Made by a program: the position numbers and the translations under genes. Under the pieces are notes generated by a model that was not told the origin of the DNA, did not search any database, and saw only the letters and a program-made list of their open reading frames with translations. Positions 49,601 to 50,804 of a stretch of 50,804 nucleotides of DNA are shown piece by piece. The stretch's first letter is position 1, and each line of letters opens with the position of its first letter. This DNA is from an uncultured Planctomycetia bacterium. GTDB taxonomy: Bacteria > Omnitrophota > Gorgyraeia > Velamenicoccales > JABMQK01. The stretch spans positions 1 through 50,804 of the forward strand of contig CAZFPS010000002.1 in NCBI GenBank assembly GCA_964520705.1, given 5' to 3'.

Positions 49601-50803
49601 ATCTATGACAATGCTTTTGCCTACAAGATAAAAACAGATACGGTATTTTCCTACTCTGAATCTGTGAGTGGCGGGAGGCAGGTTAACGAGAGGTTTGGCA
49701 AAATACAAGGGTTTACCGGAAGAAATATAGAGGCCAATTTTTTCTATAATGCGTTTTTTCAGCGGGAGAGGAAGCTTTTTAAATTCCCGTTCGCCGGCAG
49801 GAGCAAACTCAACTTTGGTAAGCATAGCAAGATTCAGGACAGCCCTAATTTATGCTTAATTTTATCAAAGGACACCAACCCCAGCGTTTGGGCCTCCACA
49901 ATGCCTTTCTTTAATCTTAAGGCTAGCTTAGGGTTAATCGGCAGGCGTTCTTCAATTCCATCAATAAGCCAGCCAACAGGATTATGGAAGACGTACTCTT
50001 TAGCGGGAGCGGATTCCTCAAATTTAGCGTCAAACGCGCAGAGGAGATCCCATAGGGAGCCCGTATCAAAGATAAAATATTTAGGGGCGCCGTTTTTATC
50101 CACAACTGCCGCAGCCTTAAAATTCTTAAGTTCCGATTTCTTAAATTCTTTAGGAATAGCCGCAAATTTCTCAATGGGCTCTACTTTGACAAGTTCTTTA
50201 ACTGATAACTTAACTAATGATTTTGATCTCATTTTTTCGCTCCCCTCTATTTTTAAGCAGTATAACACATTCTTTTTTAATCTGTCAAGCCCGATATCGT
50301 TAACGAATACACCTGATTCTTTACTGGCAAAGTCAACCTGCTTCAGCTTGACGGTACGAGGCATGGCTGATAGTGGGTTTTTATTTTTACCTTTGCGGAA
50401 AGCGCTTTCGTTGTATAGCCATATTTTACGTAATCCCAAACGCACTAGCTCTCCGGTGGAGGCGAGGACGTCAGAAGATATTCTTAAGGATATTCTTAAG
50501 GCGAGGCAGAGAGCGCATGAGTACTCACAGGAATTATTGAGTCACCAGCAGGATACGCCTGCGGCCGGGCCGAATGCTTATAAAGTTATCCATAAGGATT
50601 CTTTGAGAGCGCTTGAGGCAGCGCGGGCTTACTTACAGGAACTTTTAAATTGTCCGCAAGATATATCTTTACAGCTAAAGCAGCTGGATGAATTAGGCTT
50701 ATTGGTTGAACTTTACTCATCCCAAACCCCGAAGAAAGAAGCCAGCTCGCCGGTAGGTAAAGAGGCGATTGCCGAGATGATGCTGCGAGAAGACGTAAGA
50801 GGA
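2..50803 (+). CDS. Single giant multi-enzyme ORF, open at both window edges (16,934 codons); chain of ~40 enzyme-like modules separated by SSSP[V/I/A] linkers
   Basis: Frame-2 translation read end to end shows no TAA/TAG/TGA. Every recognisable catalytic motif in the window lies in this frame: HAD DxDG, GT2 DAD/QCGFK, Nudix box, HxHxQ, ROK DxGGT, PGI SKSGxTDET, PFK, RibB, LOG PGGxGT, HPr GLHTR. The supplied ORF track lists no + strand frame-2 ORF ending inside the window, as expected if the frame never closes. Confidence 0.9.
1700..2300 (+). other. HEAT/PBS-lyase-like helical repeat region
   Basis: Helical repeats such as ..YWNVRKFAAQQFEEM.. and ..ITDRAIKALIILLDDPYANTEAAKALQKLEW.. resemble HEAT_2-type repeats. 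Pattern recognition only. Confidence 0.35.
5100..5715 (+). other. HD-superfamily metal-dependent phosphohydrolase-like domain
   Basis: ..MFEHSLMGIKAL.. then MLMLLHDIGKAVTTGQHLSLGKEL..FLVLNHS..MIVGDIAG. This gives the H..HD..H..D arrangement. The HD dyad codons are at 5444-5449. Confidence 0.55.
7798..8340 (+). other. Conserved domain of unknown function preceding GT2 (copy 1)
   Basis: ..SQAFQLVINDIFAHAALYKEGKDKWAVFADRAEKYFKYHPEE..CYLTLLRIN... Closely similar at nucleotide level to 13922-14458. Confidence 0.5.
8351..9240 (+). other. GT-A fold family-2 glycosyltransferase domain (DPM1/ALG5/GpgS-like), copy 1
   Basis: IKIAVIVGMHKEKSRL..NPNGEDS..IDWELIFVAHVNSPDNSGKVV..LYTDADVTVD (DAD near 8729-8740)..ETQCGYKAY (9011-9025)..FSFDTELMHL. 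Confidence 0.7.
9413..11290 (+). other. Large conserved module (copy 1): nucleotide-sugar-enzyme-like N-half and hexapeptide (left-handed beta-helix-like) repeats near the C-terminus
   Basis: ..RIAVFHDAGSAKRCSTLSQSQNGTRADLRILG.. resembles the G-rich loop of NTP-transferases. ..ISGIYIRNSIIRNSTIKEGNIINSVVSDSLIAKL.. has 6-residue periodicity. The family is not identified with certainty. Confidence 0.35.
11291..12049 (+). other. HAD-IA beta-phosphoglucomutase-like domain, subtype A, copy 1
   Basis: [26 protein letters not shown] (motif I); [12 protein letters not shown] (II); GKPDPDIF (III); LEDAVKGVKA (IV). Confidence 0.75.
12113..12880 (+). other. HAD-IA beta-phosphoglucomutase-like domain, subtype B, copy 1
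   Basis: [57 protein letters not shown]. Confidence 0.75.
12893..13702 (+). other. HAD-IA beta-phosphoglucomutase-like domain, subtype A, copy 2
   Basis: [71 protein letters not shown]. Confidence 0.75.
13922..14458 (+). other. Conserved domain of unknown function preceding GT2 (copy 2)
   Basis: ..SQAFQLVINDIFAHAALYKEGKDKWAVFADRAEKYFKYHPEE..CYLTLIRIN... Paralogue of 7798-8340. Confidence 0.5.
14459..15350 (+). other. GT-A fold family-2 glycosyltransferase domain, copy 2
   Basis: KIKISVIVGMHKEKSRL..NPDGEDS..IDWEFIFVAHVNSPDNSGKVV..LYTDADTTVD (14846-14857)..ETQCGFKAY (15122-15136)..FAFDTELMSL. Confidence 0.7.
15524..17338 (+). other. Large conserved module (copy 2) with hexapeptide-repeat-like C-terminal part
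   Basis: Paralogue of 9413-11290: ..RIAVFHDAGSAKRCSPLSQSQNGTRADLRILG.. and ..IGNVYLKNSIVTNSNITEGNVINSVISDSVITKL... The stretch 16101-16210 is almost identical to 10041-10150. Confidence 0.35.
17339..18160 (+). other. HAD-IA beta-phosphoglucomutase-like domain, subtype B, copy 2
   Basis: [57 protein letters not shown]. Confidence 0.75.
18161..18988 (+). other. HAD-IA beta-phosphoglucomutase-like domain, subtype B, copy 3
   Basis: [56 protein letters not shown]. Confidence 0.75.
19150..19960 (+). other. GT-A fold family-2 glycosyltransferase domain, third, more divergent type
   Basis: KIKVWVVFAVYNELSRI..NPHGEDA..LDWRLVMVDNRSPDKTSEV..GYTDCDITT (19526-19540)..DTQCGFKFF (19741-19756)..WAFDTEWLLL. 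Confidence 0.7.
20264..20620 (+). other. Nudix hydrolase domain
   Basis: GAVSKGEKAIAAGMREFGEELGI at 20450-20518 fits the Nudix box GX5EX7REUXEEXGU exactly. Upstream is ..HHASAYVIVKAPSGKIYLQLRG... Confidence 0.75.
21152..22144 (+). other. HIT-superfamily, GalT/Ap4A-phosphorylase-branch nucleotidyltransferase-like domain
   Basis: CILC at 21461-21472; ..VVNKIPWATYHMLLMS..; ..ASIPHFHLQFF with H-x-H-x-Q at 21704-21718. Confidence 0.55.
22352..23155 (+). other. HAD-IA beta-phosphoglucomutase-like domain, subtype A, copy 3
   Basis: [71 protein letters not shown]. Confidence 0.75.
23156..24108 (+). repeat. Direct repeat copy 1 (953 bp), apparently identical to 25121-26073
   Basis: Same sequence at an offset of 1965 nt. 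The shadow ORFs 23464-23706 and 25429-25671 translate identically. The repeat starts at tcctcctcccccata and ends at tcatcgcctgt. Confidence 0.85.
23168..24097 (+). other. HAD-IA beta-phosphoglucomutase-like domain, subtype C (long cap insertion), copy 1
   Basis: [57 protein letters not shown]. Confidence 0.7.
24690..25060 (+). other. GHKL / HATPase_c-like ATPase domain (no DHp His seen upstream; anti-sigma-type Ser kinase-like)
   Basis: IHEIFSNAVKHGNS (N-box-like); ISDEGRS; LRGAGLGIYKAG (G2-like); GTEVTIVKYL. Confidence 0.55.
25121..26073 (+). repeat. Direct repeat copy 2 (953 bp), apparently identical to 23156-24108
   Basis: See copy 1. Bounded by SSSPI (25121-25135) and GSSPV (26063-26074). 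Confidence 0.85.
25133..26062 (+). other. HAD-IA beta-phosphoglucomutase-like domain, subtype C, copy 2
   Basis: Amino-acid sequence identical to 23168-24097. Confidence 0.7.
28140..28760 (+). other. Uridine kinase / phosphoribulokinase-family P-loop kinase domain
   Basis: RVIIGFMGPSSAGKTTFVKML (Walker A, 28161-28200); LGLDSYLHD; ILIMDITCLG; RLQRRLERDTR. Confidence 0.6.
28829..29590 (+). other. HAD-IA beta-phosphoglucomutase-like domain, divergent subtype A, copy 4
   Basis: [57 protein letters not shown]. Confidence 0.65.
30205..31030 (+). other. HAD-IIB (phosphomannomutase / Cof-type phosphatase-like) domain
   Basis: VVIADMDETLTPSRS (DxDxT); VILSSSD; GGTTSIDIGLINAKGNAI; YFGDSFDLSGNDTPV. 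Confidence 0.6.
31097..32060 (+). other. ROK-family sugar kinase (glucokinase-like) domain
   Basis: MLAIGVDLGGTKISAAAV; GIGIAAPGILD; YDATAAALGEAVFG; YMSIGTGIGSGII; MLGGGV. Confidence 0.7.
32591..33540 (+). other. Second ASKHA/ROK-like sugar-kinase-fold domain (divergent)
   Basis: LFIGINIGSTYTRCSVI; GIGIGTVGMV; MDNKVAALGERFGIG; LGTAMAGKMI; AVAIGAAYMA. Confidence 0.5.
34360..34800 (+). other. Udk/PRK-like fold with degenerate Walker A (possible pseudokinase)
   Basis: VIVRIDGRPGNRKSHSISLL replaces GxxGxGK[ST]. It is followed by YKVILVEGTII and FTVYIESIEQRRMEYL, matching the layout of 28140-28760. Confidence 0.35.
36250..36440 (+). other. PurM/AIR-synthase-superfamily N-domain-like fragment
   Basis: ISILGLPTGPSVGIDLLQDFLASMVEATDAIGIPIVGGHTVEN. 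Confidence 0.3.
36500..37560 (+). other. Selenophosphate synthetase (SelD)-like PurM-superfamily domain
   Basis: FRAQGCAAKYPP (Cys codon 36545-36547); DDQSSIAFTVDIIKPIVNSSKLFSRIAVVHATSDLYAKG; ASTDVTGFSLIGHL; DAQTSGGMLIS. Confidence 0.6.
37700..38520 (+). other. Histidine-kinase core (DHp-like H-box plus HATPase_c), no sensor domain evident
   Basis: LTEALHDIKNKFIAVNGFMSLF (His codon 37748-37750); LDEALYNAWKYG; IEGSGIGLAAIKRNCDLIGG. Confidence 0.55.
38600..39260 (+). other. Cytidylate kinase-like domain with altered P-loop
   Basis: [36 protein letters not shown] follows the Cmk N-terminal pattern, but GSGRR replaces GSGK[ST]. Confidence 0.45.
39665..39961 (+). repeat. 99-aa helical module, copy 1 (paralogue of 50456-50752)
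   Basis: VEARAPKDILKDILKARQEAYEYSRELLSHQQDTPAVGPNAYK..LQELLNCPQDISLQLKQLDELGLLAEL... Bounded by SSSPV and ASSPA. Confidence 0.8.
39992..40240 (+). other. HPr (phosphocarrier protein)-like domain
   Basis: KIIITSRLGLHTRVAVGIAKIV (His codon 40031-40033); ANAESIMQLLALAAGYGDSVVIEVRG (Ser46-like site). Confidence 0.65.
40616..41287 (+). other. Integral-membrane module, about 6 predicted TM helices
   Basis: Hydrophobic ~20-aa stretches: ISFIPAVCIVISWFSG, FLSGLAIAGIVGGIA, WIIAGVAFNGLIGFGLWFWF, LIDLTAYTIIVVLPINFLI, LYWGPALFIGWTFW, IVLIAANMTVIWSGILIYLLDLWI. Confidence 0.6.
41330..43700 (+). other. pgi: Glucose-6-phosphate isomerase (SIS/PGI) domain with large insertions
   Basis: ISGIGIGGQT; WVVGSKSGSTDETMVNF (41711-41740); GPAEQHKSFQLTSGG (about 43398-43440). 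Confidence 0.65.
43790..44310 (+). other. Second integral-membrane module, about 4-5 predicted TM helices
   Basis: FNVLTLGVMAGIFLGLGLY, FVGFFVFGVMTDYL, ALLKFLIVPAFFIAIAPF, FISGLLLSYLLLNI, LWIFGQNFIVQILFPI. Confidence 0.55.
44650..45235 (+). other. ribB: 3,4-dihydroxy-2-butanone-4-phosphate synthase (RibB) domain
   Basis: [117 protein letters not shown]. Confidence 0.85.
45400..45950 (+). other. LOG-family (TIGR00730-type) domain 1
   Basis: VTIFGSARI; GMVIRTGAGPGMMDA; IVLPGGFGTIDELFE (PGGxGTxxE, 45737-45775). Confidence 0.7.
46035..46580 (+). other. LOG-family domain 2 (more divergent)
   Basis: GFVFLPGGIGTLNKLFD; RRPIVLIGGEFWQPI. Confidence 0.55.
47330..48740 (+). other. pfk: 6-phosphofructokinase (PfkA-family) domain
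   Basis: GIGISGGGDCAGIADF; FFYGTGGNDHLG (47747-); VVGTFKSIDGDG; ETFGRGCGKLA; VVVVAEG. Order and spacing match the PfkA motifs. The phosphoryl donor (ATP or PPi) cannot be called. Confidence 0.65.
48900..49520 (+). other. Class I SAM-dependent methyltransferase domain
   Basis: ALEIGSGAGWFLLFL (motif I, 49010-); FEGIDINLY; YDLTFSENVLDLL; LTKAGGLSIHTS. Confidence 0.55.
49562..49825 (-). CDS. RelE/ParE-family type II toxin, antisense inside the giant ORF
   Basis: 87-aa ORF. ..EREFKKLPLPLKKRIIEKI..THRFRVGKYRICFYLVGKSIVIDGVDTREDAY fits the RelE/ParE pattern (RvGdYRiiY..v.hR.eaY). It starts 8 nt after the partner ORF. The + strand turns pyrimidine-rich here, unlike the rest of the window. Confidence 0.75.
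   Translation of the reverse strand: MLTKVEFAPAGEREFKKLPLPLKKRIIEKIGLYISSGKPLYFAKPLVNLPPATHRFRVGKYRICFYLVGKSIVIDGVDTREDAYRRR
49834..50232 (-). CDS. Putative cognate antitoxin (132 aa, Phd/YefM-like core)
   Basis: ATG at 50232 is preceded by GGGGAG (7-nt spacer) and a sigma70-like promoter. ..KNFKAAAVVDKNGAPKYFIFDTGSLWDLL.. resembles the Phd/YefM core. It lies directly upstream of the toxin in the usual operon order. Confidence 0.6.
   Translation of the reverse strand: MRSKSLVKLSVKELVKVEPIEKFAAIPKEFKKSELKNFKAAAVVDKNGAPKYFIFDTGSLWDLLCAFDAKFEESAPAKEYVFHNPVGWLIDGIEERLPINPKLALRLKKGIVEAQTLGLVSFDKIKHKLGLS
50240..50245 (-). promoter_or_regulatory. Shine-Dalgarno site for the antitoxin
   Basis: The minus strand reads GGGGAGcgaaaaaATG. 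Confidence 0.6.
50259..50288 (-). promoter_or_regulatory. Sigma70-type promoter driving the antisense toxin-antitoxin operon
   Basis: The minus strand reads cTTGACAgattaaaaaagaatgTGtTATACTgc. The -35 TTGACA is at 50283-50288, the spacer is 18 nt, and the extended -10 TGnTATACT has its -10 at 50259-50264. Confidence 0.6.
50456..50752 (+). repeat. 99-aa helical module, copy 2 (paralogue of 39665-39961)
   Basis: VEARTSEDILKDILKARQRAHEYSQELLSHQQDTPAAGPNAYK..LQELLNCPQDISLQLKQLDELGLLVEL... Roughly nine in ten nucleotides match copy 1 by eye. Confidence 0.8.
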
Positions 50804-50804
50804 T

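Noticed and set aside
49834-50445. The full 203-aa version of the antitoxin-side ORF, starting at an alternative start codon at 50445.
   Set aside because: The promoter (-35/-10 at 50259-50288) and the GGGGAG Shine-Dalgarno site lie inside this extension. The ATG at 50232 is therefore the more plausible start, and the upstream 71 codons are probably just open sequence.
49538-50458. The TA slot as a recognisable mobile element such as an integron cassette, transposon or IS.
   Set aside because: I could find no integrase or transposase, no terminal inverted repeats, no target-site duplication and no attC-like structure. The only flanking signatures are the ordinary SSSP linkers. Mobility remains a hypothesis, not a feature call.
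1628-50755. The recurring short conserved linker sequences as a CRISPR array or other non-coding interspersed repeat.
   Set aside because: Spacing is irregular, from 40 nt to more than 5 kb. The motifs are in frame, encoded by non-identical nucleotides and flanked by enzyme domains. There is no repeat-spacer architecture.
1628-50755. Linkers as intein or other protein-splicing junctions.
   Set aside because: There is no intervening intein-sized element with block A/B/F/G motifs or a terminal His-Asn. The motif is only about 5 residues long and lies between intact enzyme domains.
2-50803. An NRPS/PKS megasynthase or a giant adhesin or RTX-type surface protein.
   Set aside because: I saw no condensation, adenylation, KS, AT or carrier-protein motifs. 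I saw no tandem Ig, cadherin or RTX nonapeptide repeats and no secretion signal. The content is metabolic enzyme domains.
2-50803. A polycistronic operon mis-read as one ORF, or an artefact of an alternative genetic code.
   Set aside because: There are no stop codons of any kind in frame 2 under the standard code, so no recoding is needed to explain the open frame. Modules lack stops and SD-plus-start signals at their borders.

Overview
The whole 50,804-nt window is one uninterrupted + strand reading frame: frame 2, positions 2-50803, 16,934 codons, with no start or stop inside the window. It is therefore an internal slice of a giant gene. It is not an adhesin, RTX or NRPS/PKS-type giant. It reads as roughly 40 complete, mostly cytoplasmic enzyme-like modules joined head to tail. 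Recognised modules are: 3 GT2 glycosyltransferases; 9 beta-phosphoglucomutase-like HAD domains in several subfamilies; a PMM-like HAD-IIB; a Nudix domain; a GalT-branch HIT (HxHxQ) domain; 2 ROK/ASKHA sugar-kinase-like domains; PGI; PFK; HPr; RibB; 2 LOG domains; a SelD-like domain; Cmk-like and Udk/PRK-like P-loop kinases; a histidine-kinase core; a GHKL ATPase; a SAM methyltransferase; an HD domain; and two multi-TM modules. About 35 module boundaries carry a short conserved Ser-Ser-Ser-Pro-[V/I/A] motif. Both Ser codon families encode it, which indicates protein-level conservation. The chain shows recent module-level dynamics: one perfect 953-bp module duplication, a ~3.5-kb two-module duplication, and a 99-aa module repeated 10.8 kb apart. 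One linker-bounded slot (49.55-50.45 kb) holds a complete antitoxin/RelE-ParE-like toxin operon on the opposite strand. It has its own near-consensus sigma70 promoter and Shine-Dalgarno site, yet the giant frame stays open through it. I saw no rRNA, tRNA, CRISPR, transposase or integrase. Translation and motif calls were done by eye, so domain borders are good to about +/-30-60 nt. Family assignments rest on signature motifs, not on searches. Giant ORFs have been reported from uncultivated lineages such as Omnitrophota, but I cannot assign taxonomy from the sequence alone.
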